A stretch of DNA of 64,000 nucleotides, taken from Octopus vulgaris. Taxonomy: Eukaryota. A program made the position numbers and the translations under genes. The notes beneath the pieces are model-generated. The model had not been told where the DNA came from. It worked only from the letters and a program-made list of their open reading frames with translations, and did not search any database. Location of the stretch: positions 49,600,001 to 49,664,000 of the forward strand of contig OX597818.1 of assembly GCA_951406725.2 (NCBI GenBank), read 5' to 3'. Below, piece by piece: positions 1-11,602 of the stretch; the first letter of the stretch is position 1; each line of letters starts with the position of its first letter.

Positions 1-427
1 TGACAGAAAGAAAGAGAAAAAGATTATCATTAAGAAACTATGAATAAAGTTGTGTAAGAACAGTTTGCTGAACACATCTTTATTTAGATTAGGCTATGAT
101 TATGATGAGCCATTCTAAGATTGAATCTTTTCATATGGTAATGAGTGAATTTTAACATCTTTTAAATGAAAATATAGAAAGTTTGACAGATATGAAAGTC
201 TGTGTTATATATCAGGAGAAAATATCGATAATATAAATAATTCATTTTTTTTAAAAAACAGAAATTTCATCATTTTTTGTGAATTTCATATATCCAATTT
301 AAATCTTCAATATGTTTGGATTAACTTAATTTCTTTATCATAATATGTACTTTTAAGCAGAAGCAAAACTTATTTTTGCACATTAATGACTGGCAAAGTA
401 TTCATGGATGAGTGAATTTCTTTGCTG

Positions 428-1065
428 TCGTTTAACCCTGGGTCAACCATGATTGAGTAGACCTATCATCAAAGGTTTTGCGACAGTGATCACCCTACTT
501 TATCTACCTAGGACTACATTATCTGGATCTTTTCGGTTTGAACGGCAGTTTTTTTCTAGTGGTGTCATATGAAATTGTCACTCATAATTATGACCCTAGT
601 ACCGATCCATTGCATTTCAATCTGTTTTAGGGTTAGGGTTAGAGTTTGGGTTAGTTAGGGTTAGGGGTGGGGGGAAGGGTATCTTTTTTTCTTCAGAAAT
701 GTAAATAAACCCAATCTGTTTCTTAAACAAGGGACATATTCATACGGCACAGAATGTATTCACCTCCAATAGACGTCATTGATTGGTTGAAATTGCAGAA
801 ATTGAAGAAAAACAACAACAAATATCTTACAAACCATAGAATTTTCTCAATAAAGCCAAGAGAAAAAGATGTTTTATAAACACATTCTACCAGTATACGA
901 AGTTAAAATTTTTTAGTTACCTAGAAATTATGCTAAAAACTGCCGTTCAAACCGAAAAGATCCCCAAACTACATTATCCAATGTGTCTATTTTTTAAGAC
1001 ATTAGAATGTAATTTGAGGGAGATTTAGCTGCTATTTCTAGCTGTTCAAGCGACCTCATTGGTTT
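428..1065. mobile_element. Old dispersed repeat (working name family F), interrupted by a MITE at 525-963
   Basis: The motifs tttaaccctgggtc..gattga..gacctat..atcaaa, actacattatccaatgt and gagatttagctgctatttc recur in degraded form at about 11690-11855, 13120-13270, 21555-21770, 22320-22500 and 56890. Confidence 0.55.
525..963. mobile_element. MITE with 29-bp terminal inverted repeats and internal telomere-like TTAGGG repeats
   Basis: ggatcttttcggtttgaacggcagttttt at 525 and its exact reverse complement ending at 963; (TTAGGG)-like run at about 627-670; no ORF. Confidence 0.85.
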
Positions 1066-2230
1066 GTGAAACTATTATATTTATAACGATGTTTCTTTTT
1101 ATCGATATGTCGCAGATTTCAGCATATCGCTAATGCTGCTAAAACAGAGCAACAGAAACATGCTTTGCAAACCATAATGTCAGACACTTTATTACTTTAT
1201 TCTCCCATATTATTGCATCACTGTTAATATGAAGTTGACTAAACATACATTTTAACATCTGACTCCGTCCTGCCATCAATATTGGCAGCCAGTGACGTTT
1301 ATCTCCAACATCATTATTGAATAAATCCATCAGAAACTGAACAAATATTGTGATGCTTATGAACGTGTATGGCGTGTATCTGTTGCGTATTGTAAGCATG
1401 TATTGAGTTTGATCTATTATGTATAATGTATTGTGAATTTATGTATGTCTACGAATGCAACTGTGTATTTGTGGGGGACTATTTGCTGTTTGTCTGTCCA
1501 TTTATAAATGCATTGACTATTTTGCTTTCTATGTATGTTTTCATGTAATGCCTTGCTATTGTTTCTGTTTAATGGCCATAGTCACGAAATTTTTTCCTCA
1601 AAATTCTCATCCTACTCATACATTGTGGTTTTCATTCAACGAAACAACTAAAATATTGTTATATTCTCATTAAATATATACAAATGCGTGCACAAACACA
1701 CATACATATATACAAGCGCACACATACATATACACACACAAACACATCATCGCTTTAACGTCCATTTTTCATGCTTGCATGAGTCAAGTGGAGCTTATTG
1801 AAGTAGATTTTTCTATGTCAGGATGCCTTTCCTGTCCTCAATCCTCACATGTTTTGCCAAACATTTTCATGGAAGATTGGAGGGGAATGCCACCGCTTAA
1901 GACATCCATTTACGATTATTGCATATCAAAACAAGGAGACAAACGTACACACATATACGCTCGCTTGCGCATTTGAATGGCGTCAACATGTCTAGGAAAT
2001 GTTATAAATTTATCGTGCAACACATGTTTATTTCTTAAGTCGATTATGTTTCGCATAATGATGTCTAATCAAATTGAATGAACAATAGTAATTTTTATTT
2101 TATTGCATATGTTGCATATATCGTATACACTACATATCTATAAATGTGGTATGGGATATAAAAAAAAGTGCCCGTTTACTGAAACGATCGTAACATCAAT
2201 TTTAAATTTCTATTTTCCTCATTTAAATCA

Positions 2231-2274
<44 letters not shown>

Positions 2275-2705
2275 CACTCAGTGAGGCATATATTATTCCT
2301 ATTGGATTATAACTTGGATTTCCAGTGTTCCCCTGCACATTCAGTTAACAGAATGCTACACCAACCACGTTCCTACATGAAGTATTGACACTTGGATTAT
2401 AATTATTCTCACAATATATGTGTGCGTGCGCGCACGTGTGCGTGTGAGTATATGTGTCTATGCACACACACATGCGCGCAGGTGAGCACATAAGTGCAAA
2501 ATAGGATGCAAAAAACAGTACTTGAATTCCAAAGCTAGAGTAATACGCTTTTATTAAAGCTGCAAAATTATCTCAAAACTGTTACTCAGAGTTTCACATT
2601 CCCCATTCATTATAACTATGCGATGAATAGAAACTTGAAACTCTGAGTAACGGTTTTGTGATAATTTGGCAGTTTTGATAAAAGTATATATATATATATA
2701 TATAT

Positions 2706-3392
2706 TCTTATTCTTTTATTTGTTTCAGTCATTTGAATGTGGCCATGCTGCAGCACCGCCTTTAGTCATACAAATCGACCCCAGGACTTATTCTTTGTAA
2801 GCCTAGTACATACTCTATTGGTCTCTTTTTTGCTGAACTGCTAAGTTACGGGGATGTAAACACACCAACATCCGATGTCAAACGATGGTGGGGGGACAAA
2901 CAGACACACAAACATATATATATATATATATATAAAATACAAAATGGAACAAGAATGCAAAACATCCAGACAGTAAGGTTATACAAAAAGGTTAAGGTGA
3001 TACAAAAAAGGGACAACAAAACATCCAGATAGACGATACAAAGAAAATAAGGACGGGTCATTTGGAGTTTTCTTTCCTCAGTCGAGTTTGAGATTATCTT
3101 TGCAATTTCGGCTGGTTATACTCGAGATTGCTCCAATCTGGCCAGCCCCAAGGAAAAACTAAGCTAAGAGCATTGGATTCCTTGGAAGAAAGCAGCGAAT
3201 GTATATGAAATCAAAGATGGGAAAAAATGGAGAATGTTACACAAATACAAATAACAGGATAGAACAACAAGTGTTGTTCGACTGGTCAGCTCAAGGCTAT
3301 AGTAGAGACACTTGCCCAAGGTGCCACACAGTGGGAATGAACCCAGAACTATGTGGTTGGGAAACTAGGTTCTTAGCAGACAGCCACACCCA
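2706..3392 (-). mobile_element. tRNA-derived SINE family A, interrupted by an unrelated insert at about 2931-3280
   Basis: Matches full copies such as 4655-5060. The tail half is at 2706-2930 and the head half at 3282-3392. Confidence 0.85.
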
Positions 3393-3569
3393 CACCAATA
3401 TATATATATATATATATATTAAAATTGGGTAGTTCTCAAGTCTTAGTGATGCACACATACAGATACACAGAGACAGACAGACAGACACACATTCTCAGTT
3501 TTATATATATATAGTATGTATATACATGTATATATATCATCATCATTGTTTAACATCTGTTTTCCATGC

Positions 3570-3970
3570 TGTAATCATAACTCTAGGCACAAGGCCTGAA
3601 ATTTGGGGGGAATGGAGCTAGTCGATTAGATCAACCCCAGTACACAACTGGTACTTAATTTATTGACTCTGAAAGGATGAAAGGCAAAGTAGACTTGGCA
3701 GAATTTGAACTCAGAATGTAAAAACAGATGAAATACCTATTTCTTTACTACCCACAAGAGCCTAAACACAGAGGGGACAAACAAGGACAGATAAACAGAT
3801 TAAGCTGATTACATTGACCCTAGTGCGTAACTGGTACTTAATTTATCGACCCTGAAAGGATGAAAGGCAAAGTCGACCTCGGCGGAATTTGAACTCAGAA
3901 CATAAAGAGAGACGAAATACCACTAAGCATTTTGCCCAGCGTGCTAACATTTCTGCCAGCTCGCCACCTT
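3570..3970 (-). mobile_element. SINE family B (MetaSINE-like core), tandem-duplicated body
   Basis: Reverse complement of gagctggcagaa..gttagcac..gagttcaaattccgccgaggtcgactttgcctttcatcctttcggggtcgataaattaagtaccag; the body is repeated. Confidence 0.85.
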
Positions 3971-4654
3971 AGGTATTTTAATTAATAAATTATGTATCAT
4001 GTTATTTATTATCAAGTATCAGCTTCTTAGATTATATATCATCACATACTGTGCGCAAGTTACCTAATCTCTGTCCCACTGACTGAAAATTAGGCCCAAA
4101 ACATTAAGTAGGTTAGAATTAGATTAATTGCCATAGAAAAGCTTAATTAAATCTATCTAAATGACTTTGAAAAAAGCTAAATGACAAATCATACCAAAAA
4201 AATAGGACGTCAAACAATGACAGCTCTGGAACAGTGATCGTAATGTGGTATTCTGGGGCACGGATTCTGAGTTTTTTTAGCAAACATTCAGCCAACATTA
4301 TATGCATGATAAGAATCCTGCAAAGTAGAATTTTTTATGGTTGTTATACAGCATAAAATCTCGATCCTATGTATGTCACCCAAATAAAAGAGCTGAGAAC
4401 CAATTTCAATTCTGTAATATGGTTTTAGTTTTTGACATTTAGAGTAAAGATAAATATTTAGCAGTCTTCTAAACAGAACATGGAGTAAGCAGATTCCTTA
4501 AGAAATAATTTATGCACTATCTTTAATCATTGACAATCTGAAAATCCCTTTTAGCAATTTACAATAACATGCACTAACATTTTCAATTAAATAAAAACAG
4601 AGGAATGTTTTGAAGTGCCATTTTTTAAAAACTTCTTATTTTGCTCAAACTTAC

Positions 4655-5060
4655 TCTTTTACTCTTTTACTTGTTTCAGTCATTTGACTGTGGCCATCCT
4701 GGAGCACTGCCTTTAGTCGAGCAAATCGACCCCAGGACTTATTCTTTGTAAGCCTAGTACTTACTCTATCGGTCTCTTTTGCCGAACCGCTAAGTTACAG
4801 GGATGTAAACACACCAGCATCGGTTGTCAAGCGATGTTGGGGGGACAAACACAGACATACAAACATATACGCACACACATATATATACATATATACAATG
4901 AGCTTCTTTCAGTCTCAGTCTACCAAATCCACTCGCAAGGCTTTGGTCGGCCCGAGGCTATAGTAGAAGACACTTGCCTAAGGTGCCACATGGTGGGACT
5001 GAACCCAGAACCATGTGGTTGGTAAGCAAGCTACTTACCACACAGTCACTCCTACGCCTA
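4655..5060 (-). mobile_element. tRNA-derived SINE family A, full length
   Basis: The minus-strand head aggcgtaggagtg(a)ctgtgtggtaag..ggttcagtccc has Pol III A/B boxes; internal (TA/CA) microsatellite; (gagtaaaa)-type tail. About 20 copies occur in the window. Confidence 0.92.
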
Positions 5061-5788
5061 TAACTTGTATAACTTTTACTAAAACCTGCTATCAATAATA
5101 TATATTGGTTTGTGTATGTCATCCAAAAATATTAATGAACAATATGCTTTGATTTGACTAATAGTATGTTTGTGTTCCATTTGTACTTGCAAAATATTTT
5201 ACCAACAGACTCTTCCTTTTTTGAGAATTCAGACTGAATTTGTTTGTTTTAAATATACCTTGAAGACAGTACTTTATTCTGTTTTCTTTTGTTGTTGTTG
5301 CATATTAATATAAAGATATCAGCTATCAAGACACACTTTGAGTATTCAGGGAAAACCAAATGGGAAGTCATAAAAGGCTATCATAATCCAATTTGACAGT
5401 TTGGTTTTCTATTTTGCATTCTATACACACACACACGTGTGTGTGTAATGCTAGAGTAGAGCACTTTGAAATTGAAAGCAAGAGACTGCATGTATTTTTC
5501 AGACCATGTTGGTGTCCAGAGAGTAGCTAATTTCCACTACAGAACATATCTTTTCCTTGTAGTCTCATACAACAATATCAAATGACCTTGGTGAGGTTTG
5601 AACTCAGAGTGCAGTGTATAAGAACAACTACCATTTGGTCTTCTATTGAATGCTCTAACAACTCTGCCAGTTCACCATCTATTTAAGTAATATAGTTTTA
5701 AAGAAGTATAAGGCTCACATCGAATACTGTTGAAAAACTGATCCCTGTAAAGAGGCCCTCTGTCAGTCACAGTATATAAGGAGAGATA

Positions 5789-6110
5789 CTACTTACTTAA
5801 GCCCTTTGCTCCTTGTGGAGCATAGGTCATTGCTGACTTTTCTCCATTGTTCTCAAGTCTGGGCTGTCCTTCATTTCCCTGGTCTTGTTGGTTTTGAATT
5901 GTCATCAGTGCTTCTGTAACTTTGCTTTTTTCAAGATAAGGTTGTTGGTCCTACATAAACCCATTTTTACCTCTGGGAAGAGGTGGCTCATATTAGCCTT
6001 GCCTCTGTCCTTTGAACTGTCCCCCACGGAAGGCGCTACCAGGAACTTTCACTCCACTGACATAGCTCTTAGGGTCATTAAAGCATTCAAGCTACCATAT
6101 TGCAACAAAG
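5789..6110 (-). mobile_element. Probable bipartite non-autonomous RTE-LINE derivative (5' UTR joined to 3' tail)
   Basis: The minus strand starts with an RTE-like 5' UTR (cttgaatgctttaatgaccctaagagctatg) and ends in a (taag)n tail; no ORF. Confidence 0.5.
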
Positions 6111-6171
6111 ACTAGACATTGTGATGGAAAGAAGAGATAACTGCAGATAACTATCTTGTAGATAACTACAC

Positions 6172-6750
6172 GAGGCAGCGAGCTTGGCAGAAATGTTAGC
6201 ACACCGGGCGAAATGCTTAGCGGTATTTTGTCTGCCGCTACATTCTGAGTTCAAATTCCACCGGGATCGATTTTGCCTTTCATCCTTTCGGGGTCGAAAA
6301 ATTAAGTACCAGTTACACACTGGAGTCGATATAATCGACTTAATCCGTCTGTGTGTTCTTGTTTGTCTCCTCTGTGTTTAGCCCCTTGTGGGTAGTAAAG
6401 AAATAGGTATTTTGTCTGTCTTTATGTTCTGAGTTCAAATTCCGCTGAGGTCGACTTTACCTTTCATCCTTTAGGGGGTCAATAAATTAAGTACCAGTTA
6501 CGCACTGGGGTCGATATAATCGACTTAATCCCTTTGTCTGTCCTTGTTTGTTTCCTCTGTGTTTAGCCCCTTGTGGGTAGTAAAGAAATAGGTATTTTGT
6601 CTGTCTTTATGTTCTGAGTTCAAATTCCGCTGAGGTCGACTTTGCCTTTCATCCTTTCAGGGTCGATAAATTAAGTACCAGTTATGCACTGGGGTTGATG
6701 TAATCAACTTAATCTCTTTGTCTGTCCTTGTTTGTCCTCTCTATGATAAT
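6172..6750 (+). mobile_element. SINE family B, one head plus three tandem bodies
   Basis: tRNA-like head, then three copies of about 180 bp (ttctgagttcaaattcc..gcctttcatccttt..aagtaccagtt..); agataactaca on both flanks is TSD-like. Confidence 0.9.
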
Positions 6751-6826
6751 AAGAAGAGATAACTACATGTTATAATCATTATTTGTTGTATCATGTGACA
6801 ATTACCATTGTTCAATATATCAATTA

Positions 6827-7222
6827 TCTCTTATTATAAAAGGCAGATTTTATCTGCCTCCCTTTGGGAGTTATACAAATCTACAATATAGGATTTCTTC
6901 AATTACAATTTACCTAGCAATTTTAAGAGTACAATGCATCGCGTCATGCCAGGTCCAGTTTTTAAAATTTAAACTCCAATTAAGCAAAATTTACAGAAAA
7001 CTCACATTCTGGTGTGTGTGTCAAATGCTTTTCTTAGTCTGGTTTACACCACACGCAAACGCACACACACAGTGGGCAACAAATAAAGTGAAACTAGATG
7101 TAATATTTGTTTCTCTCTATCACGCTGATAGATACATGAGTAAAATGTATGGGAAGCTAACACATAAGTGTGAGTGAAAATGTTCTTGGAAGGGAGTAAA
7201 TAGCCAGAGATAGTGATTTGAG
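6827..7222 (+). mobile_element. Non-autonomous Helitron 5' segment (3'-truncated copy of 20221-20615)
   Basis: Starts with A^TCtcttattataaaa and is near-identical to the sequence from 20221 onward. Confidence 0.8.
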
Positions 7223-7227
7223 GAACA

Positions 7228-7248
7228 CTCATACATACATACATACAT

Positions 7249-7279
<31 letters not shown>

Positions 7280-7595
7280 TACATACATACACACACACAT
7301 ACATACATACACACATACATACATACATACATATACATACATACACACACACACACACATACACACACACACAGTATTGAAGCTTGAGAACAATCAGATA
7401 CATTTGCAACACATCTGTTGAAAATATTATTGTTCACACACATACATATACATATATACATACAGACAGACAGACAGATAGACACACACACACACACACA
7501 TGATCCAGCATGGCCACAACCTCAAGGCTGAAACATATAAAAGAATAACAGAATATAAATGTGTGCATGTGTGTGAGAGAGAGAGTGTGTGTGTG

Positions 7596-7627
<32 letters not shown>

Positions 7628-7635
7628 TATATAAT
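7228..7635. repeat. (TACA)n/(CA)n/(TATG)n microsatellite cluster
   Basis: Directly visible simple repeats; they explain the ORFs at 7044-7651. Confidence 0.95.
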
Positions 7636-7639
7636 AAAG

Positions 7640-8065
7640 CGGTTTTTTCAACAGCTTGAACTAAAAGTCAGAGGGGAATGGGATAAACTACTTATATTAA
7701 CTTGCTATAAAAGCAGGTAGTAATTTTATCTTGTCCTTATTCATAGTGCAAGTTTTGAAGAGTGCATTTCGATTTTAACAGCTATTTTTTTCAAAGCTAT
7801 ATTGGAACAGCCTAGAAGACGAGCCTCATCCTGAAAGATCTGTAGAACTCGACAAGGACATCCTGAAAACCCTGGTGGAACAAAATCTCATCGTAACTGT
7901 TGAGGAACTAGCAGAGAAGCTTGGATTTGGTCATTCAACCATTCATTGAGACCTGTGTGCTATCGGAAAAGTCAGCAAATTGGGTCAATGTGTTCCTCAC
8001 GAACTTTCCGAGTCTAATTGCATGCAGAGAGTGAATGTATGCTTTTCTTTGCTGTCACATCTCAC
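7640..8065 (+). mobile_element. Mariner transposon 5' fragment (internally deleted)
   Basis: Homologous to the reverse complement of 57600-58140; encodes a decayed HTH region (DEPHPERSVELDKDILKTLVEQN..VEELAEKLGFGHSTI). Confidence 0.85.
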
Positions 8066-8084
8066 CACTACTGCGCTATGTATA

Positions 8085-8720
8085 TCTATATATATAAAAC
8101 TGTAGTTGTGTGAGTGTCTGTCCCCTTCGATTTAGATTCCTAACTACTCCCACATTTTGCGGTGCAGTTTAACCAAATTCGGGTAGCTTATAGTCGTGAT
8201 TCATACCGAGCTCGTCTGAGTATTAGCGCGCGTCTACGATGAGTCTACGATTTTAAAAATAATTTAACATCATTTTTTATTCCATTTTAATGCATAATTT
8301 TTCGTGTGTCGATGGCGGCGGAGTTGGCGTCCACGCTCACACCTGCACCTGTGGGGAAGGGAGTGTAAGGAAATCAACGTCGTAATGCGTTGTCAAGGAG
8401 ACCATCGTTCTTTTAGAACAACGACTTCATGGCTTGAAGACACCAAAACAGAAATGGCTAAGAAAGCGTCTACATGAGTCTACGATTTAAAAAAAATTTA
8501 CCATCGTTTTTTTTCCATTTTAATGCATTTTTTCGCTATTATATAAGGGAAGTAACTCTCTAAAAATGTCTACGATGAGTCAACGATTTTTCAAAAAATT
8601 TACCATCATATTTTTTCCATTTTTAATGCATTTTTTGCTATTTTTTGGCTATAACTCTCTAAAAATGCTTATATAGTTATTTCCCTTACAAACCCGAGCA
8701 ACGCCGGGCGATACTGCTAG
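8085..8720 (+). mobile_element. Non-autonomous Helitron
   Basis: 5' TC after A, 3' subterminal hairpin cccg-agcaacgc-cggg then CTAG before T, no TSD; a second copy is at 21002-21395. Confidence 0.9.
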
Positions 8721-8814
8721 TTCCTCTATAAACAAAATGTCTTTCTAATATCCAACAAAATTATTGCTTCATTATGAAGTATTATTAGGAGTTAGAATTT
8801 GATAATACATTAGA

Positions 8815-9000
8815 ACTAGATTTGGTTTGCAAGATTCTTTACATGAGTTCATGTGTTGAAACATTCTGTTGTGTCTGGGGAGAGTCATTTTCTTTTTGTG
8901 CCTTATAATGTAACACACTCACTGGTGAAATTTCCACTTATTTCTTATATTTATTTTCCTAAAATTTTCGTTGTCTCTTGCAACCGTTTCAATAGTCTTG
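8815..9000 (-). mobile_element. Short Penelope-like fragment with a variant minimal hammerhead motif
   Basis: Shares about 45 bp with 16581-16626. The minus strand at 8959-8996 reads cta-TTGAAAC-g-gttg-caagaga-caac-GAAA-attt-tag. Confidence 0.5.
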
Positions 9001-9188
9001 ACGCAATGAAAATGAATTTTTTGTAGATAACTATTTATATGATTGAGACTTTGTGTTCAGAAGTTGACAGCTCGTAGTTGACCTTCACCTCCTCTGCAGT
9101 TGAAACATTTCCTTCACTTGAGATTGTCATCTACACAGGAGAGACAAAAGAAAACGTTGAATCAATTTTCATAGTAAAATGTACATAT

Positions 9189-9565
9189 AGGCGTAGGAGT
9201 GGCTGTGTGGTAAGTAGCTTGCTTACGAACCACATGGTTCCGGGTTCAGTCCCACTGCATGGCACCTTGGGCAAGTGTCTCCTACTATAGCCTCGGGCCG
9301 ACCAAAGCTTTGTGAGTAGATTTGTTAGACTGAGGCTGAAAGAAGACCGTCGTATATATATAAATATATATGTGTGTGTGTGTGTGTTTGTGTGTCTGTG
9401 TTTGTCCCTCCAACATCGCTTGACAACCGATGCTGGTGTGTTTATGTCCCCGTAACTTAGCAGTTCAGCAAAAAGTACTAGGCTTACAAAAAATAAGTCC
9501 TGGGGTTGATTTGCTCGACTAAAAAGGCCATGCTCCAGCATGGCCACAGTCAAATGACTAAAAAT
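9189..9565 (+). mobile_element. SINE family A
   Basis: aggcgtaggagtggctgtgtggtaagtagc head with A/B boxes; body matches the other copies. Confidence 0.92.
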
Positions 9566-9639
9566 GTCCCCTTGTGATGGAACAATTAGTTTGATGGATT
9601 CCAACTGAATTTTATTACTACTTTATATATATATATATA

Positions 9640-10018
9640 CTAGCAGTATCGCCCGGCGCTGCTCGGGTTTGTTTTGACCCTTTAGAATTGGAATTTTTGA
9701 AAAGTAAAACCTTTGCATGATGTAGTTTGTTATTCTCTTTAAGTGAATATTTTTCTGGTTGAAATACACTGAAAAATGGTGACACAGCAGTCAAAAAATA
9801 GGGATTTTCATCGAAAAAAAGCACCTTTTTGATGTAAATAATTTTTGGTCTTAAAATGGTCCGATTTGAATTTTATCTTCTACGGAATGAAGAGCAAGTC
9901 TTCTTCTATCATACTTTTAATTTTGGTCAACTTGCACCACAGGGTCTCGGAGGAGATAGTGTTAGTTGAAGGTTACCAAACCTGCCACACACAGACAACT
10001 TCAGCTTTATATATATAT
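9640..10018 (-). mobile_element. Non-autonomous Helitron (different body, same 3' terminus)
   Basis: ctagcagtatcgcccggcgctgctcgggtttg is the reverse complement of the Helitron 3' hairpin+CTAG. The other end reads ataaagctgaagttgtctgtgtg on the minus strand, like the 5' ends at 8085 and 21002. Confidence 0.85.
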
Positions 10019-10600
10019 CCTTTTAGATGTACTTTTACATATACTGTATTTCTTTTTACATGCACCAAATGTTTTACTATTCCGGTTTCTTTATTATGTT
10101 CTATGCTTGCCAATCTCAGAAGTGTATTTACAGCAGTGCCTAAGGCTCTTATAAGAAGTTATGTCTTGGCAGAAGCAATGTGTCATCTCTGAGATGTTGC
10201 ATGATGATTAAGTAAAATCTTCAGCAGATAATAATCAAAGTTGTGAGGTTTGGTGGGAAAACTTTAAGAGTATGTCTTACAGTTCACATTACTGTTTCAT
10301 TACTTCTGCTTGTTGGTTGCTGTTTGTAGGTTACTGCAAATTAGCATTTGTAGGGTTTTGCAAGCTGGTGTTAGTAGATTATTATAGGTTGTTGTTTGTG
10401 AGTTATTATAGGTTGGTGTTTGAAGGAAGGGCATTCAGTCATAGAAACCTTTGTCGAAACAGAAACTGGGGACCAGTGCAGGACCTCAAGCTAGTTGGGC
10501 CCTGTTGAACCATCCATCTCATGCCAGCATGGAAAAAAAAAAGGTGTTAAATAATAGTGATAATGATGATAGTGATTAATTAATAATTATAGTTGTGAAA

Positions 10601-10897
10601 GTAGAGGCACATGGTTTAGTGGTTAGAGCAGCGGACTCACGGTCAAGGGATCACGAGTTCGAATCTCAGACTGGGTGATGTGTGTGTTTACGAGTGAAAC
10701 ACCTATGTTCCACACAGCTCTGGTAGAAGGTAATGGTGAACTTCTGCTGACTCTTTCACCACAACTTTCTTTCCTCCTGCATTTTGCAGCTCACCTGCAA
10801 TGGACTGGCATCCCATCCAGGTAGGGAACCTATATGCCAATGAAATTGAGAAACCAGCCCTTACGAGCCAGGCATGGTTCAAGAAGGAACAAGCAAC
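10601..10897 (+). mobile_element. tRNA-derived SINE family D
   Basis: Head tggtttagtggttagagc..gagttcgaatctc (A/B boxes); 12-bp TSD atagttgtgaaa; another copy at 61540-61838. Confidence 0.88.
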
Positions 10898-11204
10898 ATA
10901 GTTGTGAAAAAAGAACATCAAAGATCCTTCCTGAGCTATAGGCCCATAAGGATTCTGTAGCATACATATTCCTCCGTTGGACAAGATGCCAGTCCATTGT
11001 AAGATCACTTATTTTTGCCAGCTAAGTGGACTAGAGTGAAATGAAATGTTTTACTCAAAAACACAACACACCACCCAGTCGAGGAATTGAAACCACAATC
11101 TTACAATCATGGGTGCAACACACTAAGCCATGCATTTCCCCAGTACTTATTGCAATAAATATTAAATGTCTTAGTCTTTTAGATAAATAAACAGAGCATG
11201 ATCA

Positions 11205-11602
11205 TTGCCGGAGCAACAAGCTGGCCTCCGTGCCGGTGGCACACCATTCAAGCGTGATCGTTACCTGCGTCGCCTTACTGGCACTTGTGCTGGTGGCACA
11301 TGAAAAAAACATTCAAGTGAGGTCATTGCCAGTGCCACTGGACTGGCTCCTGTGCAGGTGATGCATAAAAAGCACTATTTGAGCGTGGCCGTTGCCAGTA
11401 CCGCCTGACTGGCCCTCATGCCGGTGGCACGTAAAAGTACCCACTACACTCTCGGAGTGGTTGGCATTAGGAAGGGCATCAAGCTGTAGAAACTCTGCCA
11501 GATCAGATTGGAGTCTGGTGCAGCCATCTGGTTCGCCAGATCTCAGTCAAATCGTCCAACCCATACTAGCATGGAAAGTGGACGTTAAACGATGATGATG
11601 AT
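11205..11602 (+). mobile_element. SINE-like retroposon family C with (GAT)n tail
   Basis: gtggttggcattaggaagggcatc..ccaacccat..agcatggaaagtggacgttaaac(gat)n; about 20 copies occur in the window. Confidence 0.88.

Noticed and set aside
627-670. Chromosome end or true telomere
   Set aside because: The tract is short, degenerate and enclosed by the TIRs of a MITE.
10601-10680. tRNA genes (also at 13035-13110, 15585-15655 and the SINE A/B heads)
   Set aside because: A/B boxes are present, but there is no complete cloverleaf, and the heads continue into SINE bodies, several with TSDs.
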